A DNA stretch of 64,000 nucleotides from Pecten maximus (GCF_902652985.1 NC_047021.1:35960001-36024000); one strand, 5' to 3'. Shown: positions 39,401 to 52,947, numbered from the stretch's first letter. Made by a program: numbers and translations. Notes: generated from the letters alone by a model not told the origin.

Positions 39401-40193
39401 TGAGACTTTTGTCATAGTACTTGTTTTTATAATATGTACAAAGCATCAAGAAAATTCATTTGTTCTACTTTTTTTCTGTACACAGTCGGGAGTCATATTA
39501 TGGCAAAATATAAATTGTATATTACTAGTCGTCACAGCATTTATTTCTAAATTGTTGAAAAAAGAACAAATTTTAATTATAATGAATTGCAAAACAACAG
39601 GACTTGCTCCCAACACTACATTTTATTATCGGTTAAATCGACAACAGAATTTATGTGTTGTTGCATTGGAAATGTATGGATACAAGTTTAGACAATGGTA
39701 GAAAGTTGGAAATTCTTACAAAAAAAAAAGTATTAATCTTGACAAAGTATGAATGTAAGTGAATGATTCATTACTTTATAATTCTACCTGTTGTTTTAAT
39801 ATAATTTTACTTTTAATTACAATTTCATGTAATTGGACCAGAAATAGACAATCATGCAACATGACTCAAGATTATATGTACAAACTATATGAGACTGAGT
39901 ACAAAGTATTACCTGTAATTTGGATTATCTTATATATGGCCAGTATATATTTGTCTGCATTAAATATATTACATGAAGTATAGATGTCAACTTTTCGTTT
40001 TGTATTTTATGGAAAATTTCTTTAACAGAGATGAATAAACATTTTCATGATGACAGGTGTAACATTTCATCATAGAGACCACAGGAGAGATCAAACAGTA
40101 CATGGATGTACTTTGAAATACAAAGTGTCAAAAGTCTTATACTTTGCTAATACTATGACATTCCTAAAATGGAATAGTGATGCCATCATGCAT

Positions 40194-43100
40194 CTAATGC
40201 AATCCTTCAACAGAAAGGCGTTCTTTGGCACGTGTTACCCAAGTATGAAAGTCTTGGACCTTTACCCTTGAATAAATGTCCTTAAAGCCACGGAATGAGT
40301 GGAATTCACGTCCAGGAATGTTCTCCATAATACCTGCCTTAATTAATTTTTCAACTATAAGACTAACATCGCCAGCTTTTGAAACTACAGGTCTTTTTGT
40401 TCCAGACTTTTTTGCATGGCCTTGATTTGCTATATTTTGCTTTATAGCATCTTGTACTTGGACAGTGAGTGCAGCTTTTCTTGCACTTTCATAGGTTGCA
40501 TTGGAACCCTGTGCTTGCACTTTTTTCTTGATTGCTTGCACTTGCAGTTCAACAAGGTTGTCATTTGGTATGTTATGTCCTATGCCACCATGTAAGTTGG
40601 ATGTACAGTTCCATTTATATTCAAACGACATTCTTGGTGAAAGAATTCCATAGATATAGGCCAAAAACTTGAACAGCCAGAGTTGATATTTTGTATGCCT
40701 CCCAACATTAGATAGCAGTAGTTGGAATTTGGCTGTTTCTGTAATTCTGTCACCATCCCCCATTTTATAGGCATCCTCAATGTCCCGCAACAGCAATGCA
40801 CACTTCATAAAGGAAGCTCTGTACAGGGCGATGTGATCAGGTGAATGACCATCCTGTCTGTCCACTCCAAATGTCCATTCATGTTCCCTGCTAAGATGTC
40901 TTTTCAAGAACCCAACTTTCTTGAAAATTTTGTTGCATTCCACGCACTCGTACCTGTTTCCTACATGATCGAACATGTCTTTTAGTGCATCATTTTGGAC
41001 GTTCAGCTCTGAATACTGTGCATTAACCATTTCCAGGTCTGCAATTATGAATTAAAATTCACAATATAAATGTAGCTTTACAAATTGTACATTTTAAGAA
41101 ATGATCCATCTCTCAGAAAAGTAAAATTGATTAATATTTGTTTTCCATGGTTAAGATATTTGATTTGTTTTTCAATAAATGAAAAACTTGCAAGATTTTT
41201 TTATAGCATTCTACACTATTTTTTTCAAATAACATTAAAACTTGAACAACTTGTAGAGAATATCTTCTCCAGATATCTTCATATTGCATTTGTATTAAAT
41301 AATTTTCTTAAATTAATTAAAAATTAAAATTCAACTTTTTATAAGAAATGCACTCAACTGTTTTCTACTTTGATGTACTTGTACAAAATATCTTTTGATA
41401 TCTGATACAAAAATTTGTATCGGGTATGGTCATCCACAATAGCAAACAATGGTTGTTTCCTGTTGGGTTCGGCTTCCATCTCACTTTGACCCAAAAGATG
41501 CATACAGGCTGCCACAATGTAAGAGTCAAGGACATCATCCATAAATGAAAAGTGAGCCCTAGAACATAAGTCACATTTAATTTCAAGTTATGAAAACATA
41601 AAGAGTTTCCAACTTGCACATTAACTAACTGAACATGATTTTCTACTTTACAATTTTACGGATAAATGTAGAGAAAGTTTATGATTGAAATATTATTGAA
41701 GTTGAAATTCACTTTTCTAACTTTTTTAAAATTCATTTTTATGATTACCTGTACTTGTCAATGACACTTTCTGCACCTTGGACATCAATACGGTTGATGA
41801 CATTCCTCAGGTTTGCTAGGGTTCCTTGATCAGTTGCTGATGACTTGTTGTAAAAGATCTGGTAGATCAACTGAAATACAATAAAAATGAAAAAAAGTTA
41901 AAAGAAGAACGCTTTTCATACAGATTTCTATTATAAACCAAAGAAAAAGTCTATTACCATTAACCTTACAACTTTATCAAGCATTTATTTAAAGAATTAA
42001 TGATGATATTAAAAGAAAGTATTACTAAATACATTTGTATCACAAGAAAAATACAACATTTTATATTTTGCAGAACACTTTTACTATTGAGTTAATGTTG
42101 AACTAAGAAACAAAAAAGAAAAGATTGATTTCTTGACATAATTAATGAAAACCAGATTATGACTGTTTATATATCAATATTAGGGAAGCAGTGTTAGTAC
42201 GGAACAGGACATGCAAGACTCAACACTGGTTTTGTTGTATAGACCCAAAAATTAACACCATGAACTTGCATGCAGTAAAAAATAAAACTTAATGCAAACA
42301 CAGATTGTTAAAGTCAATAAAGAGATCAACATCACAAGGGTGTTCATTTAATCCCTGGAAAAATTATGGAGAGATCTTCTCTAAAGGTGAATTGTAACCC
42401 TATTTATTATGATATCATTTTCATACAAGATTCATTTGGTAAGTTTTCAGCATTTGTTTACAAAATAAGAGATATTTAGAATTTCATCAAGACATTTTTC
42501 TGAAAAAGGGTAATTGAGACAGAGAAAGGCTTCCTGTATGTTGTTCAGTGAGGTAGCAACCAGCTACTACAGAGAACATATCCTCCCTAAAGTGACGCTG
42601 GCTATTCCCAGGGTGACCAACTTGGCAAACTAACAAATAATTTGTATGGATTTTTTTTAATGTTTCCATTTTTATTTTGTTTGATTAGGATTCATTATAA
42701 CTGCTGATTTACCCGATACATCTGTGACATGTTCTCAATCGGGAAGATTCAAACACCCAGGTATGTGAATCAAAACAGTTTCTAAAAAGTATGCAAGAAA
42801 ATTGAACTTATTTCAAAATTATATGGCATTCTGAATTCTAATCTACATCTACCTAATAACTTGAAAATTGTAAAACATGCCTTGTAACTTGAACAATGAA
42901 CTGGTTTGACTTCAACAGGATTACCAAAAGGAGATTCATCATTCTATGAAGTCCCTCAGGCCTATGCACAACTCCTGCAAGTTTCTCAAAATCACTTGGA
43001 CTGTTCAACATTGCTAACTGAGCCCAGTATGCACGCTCATTTGTTAGCACATCACCACCAAACACTTTCTTTTTTATGACAGAAGATTCAGCATCGTGTG

Positions 43101-45801
43101 GGATATATCTGTTATGGATATGCTCTAAAATACTGATCATGTCTTCTGTTTTGTTCTCACTTTTATCTAACAAGTCTAATATGACAAAATTAGATTTCTG
43201 GGAAGATTCCTTCATAAATGGGTGTTGAAGATACTTTGGCACACAGCATTCATATCTCTTCAGATGATTTACATGCTTAACCAGAACCCTCATGATATGA
43301 AATATAAATCTCTCCTCCAATGACTGACATTCTTCCAAACTTGGAATAAACTTGGAGTTTTCTAGGAGACTGATGTCAGCTGGTGCAATGTCGGAAAGAT
43401 CAGGATTAGAAATGCGTTTTTCAACACCAACCAGTAAAAACCAGTGCCAGCTCTGCCGACGTTTTTCTTTGGTCATTTTTGACACACTTCTGGTAATATC
43501 TATGTTATCCCCTATTATATCACTAGACTTGCTCCTACCAGATGCCTTCTCAACTGCAAGCTGTGCCTCTTGTGTCTCCCTTGTGTCAGTCTGCTTCTCT
43601 ACAGCATGATGAGCAGGTTCTAAATCAAAAGACAGCATATTAAACATTAATGCATGAATGTATTATATCAGTTAAGTTAAAAAAACATAAAATATAAGAA
43701 AATTATTAGTGACAATGTCAAACAAAAACAATATTTATTATAGATAAGGATGTTATAAAATACAAAACTCTGTTTTTATAGTTTTACAAGGAACGTTTTA
43801 ACTTTTTAAAGCATTAATTTACTAATTGAATTTGCCCTAGAATTGATAAAAAGTGTATACATTAATTATATGTAAATAATTAGGCCAGTCTGATTAAATC
43901 TGATATAAGAAATGAGATACTGGAAGTAATATAAATTGCTTGTATCCTATAAAATTGAGAATCTGAGAAAATATCAAATGAAATATTAGAAATACACATA
44001 TTCATTGTACTAGAATACTTATGTATATCTAGTTGAAATTTTTTTTAAAAATCATGCCATTCCTGTGATTCACAACTCCAATTTTAATACATACCATTGC
44101 ACTCTAACTCAATTTTCTCCTTGATTAACAAGTCTTCAATTTGTTTACTTTGGTGATCCTGTAGCTTTGACTTCATTTTTGACATTGCTGATGTGGATAC
44201 ACACACACCTAGTCTGTTCAGCACTGCAATACACTGAAAGTAAACAAAAATAGACAAAGTCACAAATGATGAAAAAAAATTAGAGGTATTTTCTTTTCAT
44301 TTGTATTATTTAGTTCTAAAGAACTAACTTGATATATATAGAGGCACTACATTGATTAAAATATGAAAATATTTTCAAAATACTTAATTTGAAAGTGTCA
44401 TGTCATGTCATGTAAGTGCATCAGTATAATTATATTGCATAGTAGTGTGAAATGACAACCTTTATATAGCATTTACAATCCACTAACCTCATCAGTGGCA
44501 CCACAATGGTCCAGTACCTGTCCGATCACATGATGGAAGGCTGTCATGTGTGTATTATGGAATTTCAGAATAAGAGCGGACACTACTGCTTCTCCAATTG
44601 ATGAGTTCTTTACCAGGGTTGATATAAGGTTATGAAAAAATGGTGCCCATATCTTTACTTCAGTGATGATGTTTTCAAAGGAAAATGATGTCAGATTCTT
44701 GTGGTCTATTCTTCTAAATAATGACAGATTTAATGTTGAAGTTAATTTAGAAATTTCTTTCTGAATGTCTCTCAAAACACATTTTCTGATTGGTTGTTGG
44801 AGGGCTGAATACACACACTTGGCTGCTCCTGGTTTACCATACATGATACTTTTAACCATTGCGATGGAACCCTTTTCCCTCAATACTTTTGACCTGACCT
44901 TGTCCTTGATTCTGTACAACACCTGAAAATAATAAGGCATTTGCTTAGTTAGATAAAGCATTGGGAAAGGAGAAAACTTAATTGAAGGTCCCTTCAATTA
45001 TATTATTCCTGTAGTGTACTATACGATATTCATAAAAAAAATATCTCGTTACCTGCAATTTACATTATGAAGGACATAGTTCAATTTAGTTGTCACCGGT
45101 ACTCGGATTATGATTCTGAGTAACATATGATATCAGTTAAAAATCACTACACTATAAATTAAGTATTCAGATACATTCTAAAACCTTATAAAAAAATCGG
45201 GGTTATTGATGTACAGTCCCTACTCAGAATCCCAAACTAAGCCTCTGTAACGTACCGAAAAAGTAAAATCTTAAAATGTCTATTTCTATTGTAATTATTT
45301 AATACATACCTTGATCTTTGATGGTGTAAACAGTTTAACTTTCACACCGGTTATAGCTGGCTTTGACGTTTTAGGTGTCGAAGCAGGCGCTGTTTGTACA
45401 GCATGCGTAGAACGTGAAGGTGTAGTCCACAGAGCCTTTTTTGATTTCCTTGGTGTTGGAGTGTGCTGCAGAGGCTTAGTTCGCTTTAAACTTTTAGGTG
45501 TTTGTGTTTGTGGCATATTTGTCAGATATTTGTCTCTGAGTTCTGAAACAAGTTTCTGTTTTTCATTCTTCAGCGTTTCCAATTTTGTTACGAGATCGAA
45601 GTCGATTTTTGACAATTTGTTTAATTTTGTAAAACAGAATCCACATACATATTTACTTTTACCATCGGTTTGGAGAGCAACATACCCTATCACTTGACTA
45701 AGCTGGTCGAAAACATTAAATGTAGGGCCAAATATAATTCTTCTCGACTTCGCTGGCAGCTGATTGTGACACACACGACATGTCTCCGTGGGCGCCGCCA
45801 T
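40194..45801 (-). CDS. Academ-type DDE transposase; 7 exons (45801-45310, 44922-44488, 44233-44095, 43619-42925, 41870-41749, 41558-41359, 41038-40194), ~975 aa; alternative in-frame ATG at 45816
   Basis: All introns are GT-AG with compatible phases (0,0,1,0,2,1), giving 2928 nt open. Motifs: LNRLGVCVS, IIGDNIDI (D1), VFGGDVLTNERA (D2), EGLHRMMNL, HNIPNDNLVEL (E). N-terminal CRVC...CGFC zinc finger and internal C2H2 finger CVECNKIFKKVGFLKRHLSREH. The donor after exon 6 (A|gttgag) is weak. Confidence 0.85.
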
Positions 45802-45875
45802 CTTTGTTGTGTACATTTACAACGCGCGTTTTAATTGGTCGGTTAAATCTAACCGCATCCAATCAAAATGTAGCA

Positions 45876-45957
45876 GCGGGAACTTCGGTTTTGTCGTGAG
45901 ATCCGCCAAGGGTGAATAGGAGAGTATCGTATTGAACACCCTTGGCTAGCGAAGTTG
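45876..45957 (-). repeat. Right terminal inverted repeat (82 bp) of the AcademH-type element
   Basis: gcgggaacttcggt...gctagcgaagttg, followed immediately by TSD gtttatacc. Confidence 0.97.
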
Positions 45958-48446
45958 GTTTATACCGTGATGGACGTTAGGTGACGTCATTGATAGCCTT
46001 GTAATTGGGTTGAAATGTTCACCTGTTCGTTAAATTGTAAACAGTTTGGTGTGTAGCATATATGCAGTTTATAGAATACGGTATTGACAACTATACGTAC
46101 AGTATATAAGTCACCCTTATCAGTCCTTTGGAACAGATACACATTTGTGCCAGCATATTGTTTTATCATTCTCTACGTATACAACAGCTGGCCCACCAAG
46201 GTATTTTTCTCTTGTCAGTATCCCGTACACTGAAAATTCTGTTGTTGATAGACGATACGCTTAGATAGTCGAGCTTCAATTAAAATCGACTTATTAGCTA
46301 TTACAAACGTCTACAATGACTGAATGTATTGTACGCTAATTACCGCCTTTATGTATTGTACAGGTAGGCGTTTAGTTTTAGTTTTCATTGCAATAAGTAC
46401 TTTGGTTGTACGGGTGGGACACTTCTTCGGCATTGCAATCAATGTTATATGAATACTTCACGAAAGGTATTGAGTCTAGTACACGGAGGGTATTTTTATA
46501 TAAAAAAAGTGGATACCTAGTGAAAAAACGTGCCTTATTAAAGACTTTTAATGAAGAAAAACTGCAATGATACAAACGAAATATATCATCCATTGAATGA
46601 AAAAACGATATTAATAGACAATAGAAAGTACCCGGATGCAATGAATTATATTGCAAAATACAAAGAACTCATAAGGCATTAAGACGTCACGATTTTCTTC
46701 AAAAGAATATATATTAAAGTTATTTATCTGTTAATGTTCGCGAGGGTTTAATTTTGCTAAATTCGCGGTCATTAGCGCGAAAAAAAGAAAGAAATGAAAA
46801 CAGCGAATATTTCTGTATGTACACAAACATGTAAATAGGTGTTTAATACTTCATACTGTTTACAAAACCATGTTACGCGAACTTTAATTCCCCGAACTAG
46901 TTTTGACTAGCTATTTATGTCGGTCAACCGTAAAAAAATGTCCTCTGCAATTTAAACGGTATACAGTACTTCATCGAACATCTAAATTGTTACGATATTG
47001 ATGAATTGTGTGGATCAATAATGTACTCTCAGACCTAAAATTTATTATTGACTGAGGCCTTTTTCCTGATTTTCCTGATGAATGATCATATTGTTGACCC
47101 CTGGTTTCACTAACGAGTACTACAATGACGAAACAGCTCTATGCTGCAGTTTTATATTCAATATTGTGCATATTTGTTACCTTTAATACAAATCTAATGT
47201 AAGGACTCCATATGTTACAGGTACTAAATACAAGCTGTTCATGATCTTTTCTAGGATAATATTTCATTACATCTTAATATCCTTTGTATTCATGGCGATC
47301 ATAGATTGACAGCAATACTAGTAAATGTGTTAAACTCTTAATTTGTATTCTTTAATTCAAATAATGTGCAGATCATAACAACAACAATGCAATGTGTCAA
47401 TTATTTATCACCGTAGCCGACAATATTTTGACGGCCTCCCACTTGATCTAACTTTTCCTACCGTACTCTTATAAAAAAAAACCCGGTGAAATAACATTTT
47501 AGGGACATCCGATGTTTTCCACACACACAAATACATGTATTATTTATATGGGGGAAAACGTTTAAACATCACACCTTAGTGTATCATTTGTTAAATTTGA
47601 TAAGAACAAAAGGTGTTTAGCCAGGTATCCATATGGTACCTAACAGGATGCCGATACACGATACGAGGGCTGATTGATATGTTGTGAGCCTCGAATCGAA
47701 GGATTATTTCTCAACATAATCCCCTTCACTATCCATACACTTTTGTCAGCGGTGTTAAAGGACCTCAATGCCACTTTTATAGAACTCCTTTTCTTAGTCA
47801 GAGAATAGTAGGACTTAAAAAGAACATCCTTGAGTACCTCCTTCAATACAAGGCTCACAACATATCAATCTTCCCTCGTATAAAGAACAAAACTAAAGTG
47901 GTATCAATGGTTTATTGCCTAATGAAATTTAATTTTAAGAAAAACTTTTAAATTGTAACCAGTTATTGGATATAAAGCATGGTTCATGAAAAATGCTTAA
48001 ATGGTTTAGATTAACTCATTAGATATACTTGCATTTTCTTGAAGATTTTAGTCTCATGTCACATTTTTCTCACTTCCTTGATGTTAAAGATTTCGTGTGT
48101 TTGTTTTGTTTGTTTGTTGTTTAGTTTACGGGTTATAAAATCTTTGGACCATCTAGTGGAGCGTATGTAAAACAGATACTAAGGACAGAAAACAAATACA
48201 GACAGAGAAGGAAAGAAAGATTGAGAATGAGAATGACAGAAGGGAAATGAAAAAAAAAACAAACAAAAACAGAAAAAAACAAAAAAACAAATCCCAAATG
48301 TTTAAATGAGGACAGAAGATACATTAATGATCTCTTAAATGTCTCTGAAGTAGGTGTCAGCAACTGTATTATCCTAAACATTGCTTTATATACAATAAAT
48401 ACATAATATCTGTCAATAATATGCTAAATTGGTGTTTCATTTTCAG

Positions 48447-48621
48447 GAGTAGCCTTGGCCGTGGATTGTTACTCTACCTACTCCTACTACAATGATCAGT
48501 ACAACAGACTATACTACTCCAGCGACTCATTCTACTGCAGCATCGGGTGCTGCGGAGGAACAGTTGACGCCTACTGTTGTACAGACAGCTACGTGGATTA
48601 CTACAACTACGTGGATTATGT
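48447..48621 (+). CDS. Gene B exon 2: Cys/Tyr-rich extracellular domain
   Basis: tttcag| ... |gtgagt. Encodes VALAVDCYSTYSYYNDQYNRLYYSSDSFYCSIGCCGGTVDAYCCTDSYVDYYNYVDY. Confidence 0.88.
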
Positions 48622-49407
48622 GTGAGTACAAACCGGAACCGGAAATAGACCATAACCGATGTATATGTAAATCATTAATTCACTCCTTGTTGTGTTTAAA
48701 GATGCGTTTATGTCACGGAAAATAAAGGGTTTATGTATATTTATAAACAACTTAATGATATCATGGTTAACGTTTGCAGGGCACTTTATATTACCTTTAA
48801 CAGGGAATTTACAATACACAATAAACAGGTAGTCGTGTATGCTTATTACACTTGAGACATATTAATGATCCCTGATATGTACTTTAGTCTCGCAAGTTGC
48901 TGTGTAACACTAGAACTATAAGCACTTTCGTTGTATGACATCATGGTAATGTGTAGCCGATGTACGTGTGTGTGACTGTATTCGTTTTCAATTCATTTGA
49001 ACAAATATGAAACAAGTCACGGAAATTGTGCTATGCAAGCATTGGCAAGTTTCATGAGATCTAACGTAAATTGAAAAGAAATTTGATATTTTGTATACAT
49101 CACGAAGTTCACAAAGATCAAATTTTGACAGGTTTTAAAGGCAAAATATTGATGTCAAATGCAATCGAATGCACTCAATTTGTTGCGCCATTTGCAATTT
49201 GTGACGTAACATGATTGTCCTCATAATGATGTATAATCTATTTCTGATTGCGGAGCTAATAATGAACGCCCCAGGATATCTTTTGCGCGTGGTACATGCA
49301 AAAGTATCATACGAAGAAATTCATTGAATGAAGAGTTGATTTTGTGATGAAAGTGAATAAGATGATATTGTTTAACAGTACAAATACTGTATTTTATATT
49401 ACTTCAG

Positions 49408-49592
49408 GTCCAACACTACAGGAGGAGTCATTGCCGGAATAGTAATAGGCTGTCTCGTTGGAGTGGGTCTGTTTATAGCATTTATCGTACTCATCTGTGT
49501 GTACTGTGTGAACTCCAGCCGACAGTCTGTTCCCGGGCAAGTCATAACGACGACACCGGGGACAGGGGCTCCGATTACCTATGTCAATACAC
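49408..49592 (+). CDS. Gene B exon 3: transmembrane helix and juxtamembrane segment
   Basis: cttcag| ... |gtaagt. Encodes SNTTGGVIAGIVIGCLVGVGLFIAFIVLICVYCVNSSRQSVPGQVITTTPGTGAPITYVNT. Confidence 0.88.
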
Positions 49593-50566
49593 GTAAGTAA
49601 CGAGCGAAAAACGTACTTACTATTAAAGGTTCTTATATATTGATAATCAAACAAAACATAGCATCGTAACTTATCACCTATGCTGACTTTGGACCGAGTG
49701 GCCAGTTTGGAGGTGTCTTTATGTCTTTATGCTTCGTTCAGTTCATAGTATTGTCAGTTAATATTACTTTAAATATCGAGGTTCTAATCTTGTAAAGAGT
49801 GCATATTGTTTGAAATTATTTTAAAAATTTATTCAGTTATAAATTCATCTCCTCGAGATCAGTGTCGACCTTCCTTTTGTGTGGCGAGGCTGTGGTAATT
49901 TAATCCTCATGTGTTTGGTACATTTCTCTCTGTTTGACTGTTTCTTGAAGTTGCAATATGGTTATCATGTGTATGGAACTGTTAAATATTTCCTGTGTGA
50001 TATCAATATAAAATGTTTCATCAGTATTCGTTAATAAAGTGGCATAATTGTTTAATTCCTCTCCAAACTTACTCTGGTCTCTGGGATTAAATTTCAAGCT
50101 CGTGGTATGGATCAGTTTTCATACTCTAAGTAGAACAGGATACAATTATGTATAATTATAATGAGGTTTTCGAAAAGATTTTTTTTATCGCAAATCAACT
50201 TCAGGTGGAGTGACATATATTGAGGTAAGAGCATCAGGTGCATGGGTGGCCCGTGTCTGCATCAGGAACATTATCAGGTTACCAGAAGTGTCGAACTGAT
50301 CAGAATTGTTTTAAATTCTGATTCGCAATAGTACCTTCGTCTAAGGTTAATTATCGTAAAATATAATTAAAGGAACTGAAGAACATACTTTCTCATTACA
50401 GGAAACTGCTTCATTAAACAATCAATCAAATTTACTGCAGATATCTAATGTTGTCATATGATATACTTCAAACAAAATTAATTGCTGAGGATGAAAGATT
50501 CCAGCTTTAAACGACAAATTCCTATCAACAGCTAAGGCTGCTGTATGTCCGGAACATTTGCCGATT

Positions 50567-50684
50567 TTTAGTGCTAGCTCACTGAAGCATACTGCCGAAA
50601 ACACCCAGCAGGACACTTCACCCGATCACATTATACTGACAACTGGCAAACCAGTAGTTCCACTCCCAAAATTCTGAGCGCTAG
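50567..50684 (-). mobile_element. SINE fragment (Meta-core-like)
   Basis: tagtgctagctcactgaagcatactgccgaaaacacccagcaggacacttcacccgatcacattatactgac; homologous to the 25653 copy. Confidence 0.6.
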
Positions 50685-52106
50685 TAGATGTTTAAGATCT
50701 GAATTATTACGAAATTATAATCTACACTCAAACAGATACATTTTGAAATCTTTGAAACGCGATGCATACACTATGTAGCTGGTTCATGAACTAAACAACA
50801 TCATTTATCTTTTATTCTTGTATATATATTGCGCTGGAATCGCAGTTTCATCGTTATAAACCAGGGGTTGTAAAAAAACCAACAAAAAACAAAAAATTAA
50901 AACAAAATCAGTACACCTACAAATCGAAAAAAGCTCCTGGTGATAATAGAAGTAATCTGGACTGTCAGCCATTTTAAGTTTTATTCCGGGTTTGCTTATC
51001 TGGGGAGCAGTCGGCCTCAGATACTGTTGACTAAGAGAAACATCACTAGTACTGGAAGTCAAAGAAATTACAAAATTAAAATCAAAGGGCCTGTTTCCAG
51101 TAATGTTAATTCTCCATAGGAGCCTGCCCTCGTATAATTTCTTATCTAGCTCAACTACAGTTTTTTTCTTTTCCGAAGAATAATTTTACACTTTTCCGAC
51201 ACTCAGATTTCATAATGTCAGTGAAAATGTATTTTTATAAAGTTGTCATTTTGAGCATCAAAGACATAAGGTCGTAAATAAAAGAAGGTTATCTCGAAAT
51301 TGTAATTCGCAACATTGTATAAATTTCTTTTGATAAATATTTCCAAAACATCGTGTTTATTCATAAAACATAAAACAAAAATTTTCTCGGATGAAAATGC
51401 ACTTGCAGAGACACAATTATGAAGAAAAATGCCATAAAATTGCAATTTTCTCCCGTTATATAGTTTTGGATGCAAATTTCCATCACAAAATCGGATAGAG
51501 CTTTACTTGTTTCATATGTGTACCAAAAATCAGCTAATTCCATGTGGTGGAACGTTCTCATATCGCCGCCTGAATGTGGTTGTAAATTGAAAGAAAAGGG
51601 GAAATGAGTAACAACCTTGTCTGAAACCCTATTATATAGCTTATTATATACAAAATTTTATATTGAATATCAGAGCGGATATTTTCATGACAGTTTTATG
51701 ATATCTAACGACTAAATAAACAGTATCGATATAAAGATTTACACTGAAGACACCATGATACATGAATACTGTTCTATCTCAAGTTGTCCTCTTTTGAATT
51801 TTATGATCGTGTGGCCTTGTACATTTATCCGTATCTTCTTGTCTTTGTCTATACGTTTACGGAATCATTGACTCGACGCTAGCTATTCTTGTCTCACTTT
51901 CCTTGTTTTATTGTCCCATCTCCAAAGCGTTGTGGCTCTGTCAGGGTTGGGACCCTGACTTGTCTCACTTTCTTTGTGCCTGCCGACCACGCCACATCGA
52001 ATAGATAGAGTATCCATATGAAATACTTTATACTAGTACTGTTACTTGTCTTGTCAGTGATGCCTTGGACTAGAATTGTGGAATTCCAGAAGAGAAGAAT
52101 GAATAT

Positions 52107-52947
52107 TGTAGGCGTCGAATACGCCTCGAAATCGTTCTGGCTATCGTAATAATGAATGAGGTCAATTCCATCTTCCTGGCTTCATCTGTGTTTATTATCT
52201 TTGACATCAACTACATACAAGTATAGTACAGGTGTATTGACTCAGTGATAGTTCTACGTAGATAGATTGACTGTAACGAAAAGAAACAGTACTTATTAGA
52301 CTAATTAACTAAGTAACAATTACAATTATGCCTTATCATCTATAACACATGACGAGTTTGATCTGTAGATGAGATCGAGACAACTCGCCCTCTACTATTC
52401 AGTATACAATACACATGACTTGACAAGACTAGGACGTTTCGGCCCAGAATGAATTTAACCGAACCTGATAAATATAGCAAAATACAATACTATTACGATA
52501 CTATTACTCTTACACATTTATAGCGAGTTAAACAGCAATGAAACAGCAATGTATCAATCATATCATAGCATACAAATACAGCAGAAATCAAGTGATAGAC
52601 TAGAATCCACGAGGGACTTGTCGTCTGTCCACGGTTCACTGACATATTTATATATTGGCCGAATTATCCAAAATGACATTATAACATGATGACATGGATT
52701 CCTAAACAAGCATAAATCATATTCAAATCATTCAACAGTAATTAGTTACCGTATCGTATCCTACGATAGTCCGAACGAATCTTCTCATACTCAAAACATG
52801 TGCTGCGCTTGGATAACGCTATCCCATAATATTCGTCTATACTAAAACCGGAAACCGGATAACCGTATTTTCCGGAATCTTAACAAAATTACCACAAACG
52901 AAACTAAACAATAAATTCAACATAAAACTAACATTTAGGCCGTAACA
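52107..52947 (-). repeat. 3' LTR of the BEL/Pao element (841 bp)
   Basis: tgtaggcg...ccgtaaca on the + strand; direct repeat of 59138-59978. Confidence 0.95.

Larger units (their letters stand above)
37354..45957. mobile_element. Full-length autonomous Academ-superfamily DNA transposon of the helicase-encoding AcademH type (8,604 bp), inserted in intron 1 of gene B
   Basis: Identical 82-bp TIRs (37354-37435 and 45876-45957) with termini CAAC...GTTG. 9-bp TSD GTTTATACC at 37345-37353 and 45958-45966. Contains convergent RecQ-like helicase (+) and DDE transposase (-) genes. TSD length, YR termini and the helicase+transposase layout match what I know of AcademH. Confidence 0.93.

Noticed and set aside
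37354-45957. Helitron or Polinton, suggested by the helicase
   Set aside because: The helicase is SF2 RecQ-type, not PIF1/SF1; there is no HUH Rep, polymerase B or retroviral-type integrase; TIRs and a 9-bp TSD are present.
37346-45965. Alternative boundaries: 83-bp TIR (CCAAC...GTTGG) with 7-bp TSD TTTATAC
   Set aside because: Formally compatible with the sequence, but CA...TG termini with a 9-bp TSD fit the Academ helicase lineage better. Other copies would settle it.
48492-48725. Thr-rich ORF MISTTDYTTPA...
   Set aside because: It is the wrong frame of gene B exon 2; the Cys/Tyr frame fits both splice junctions.
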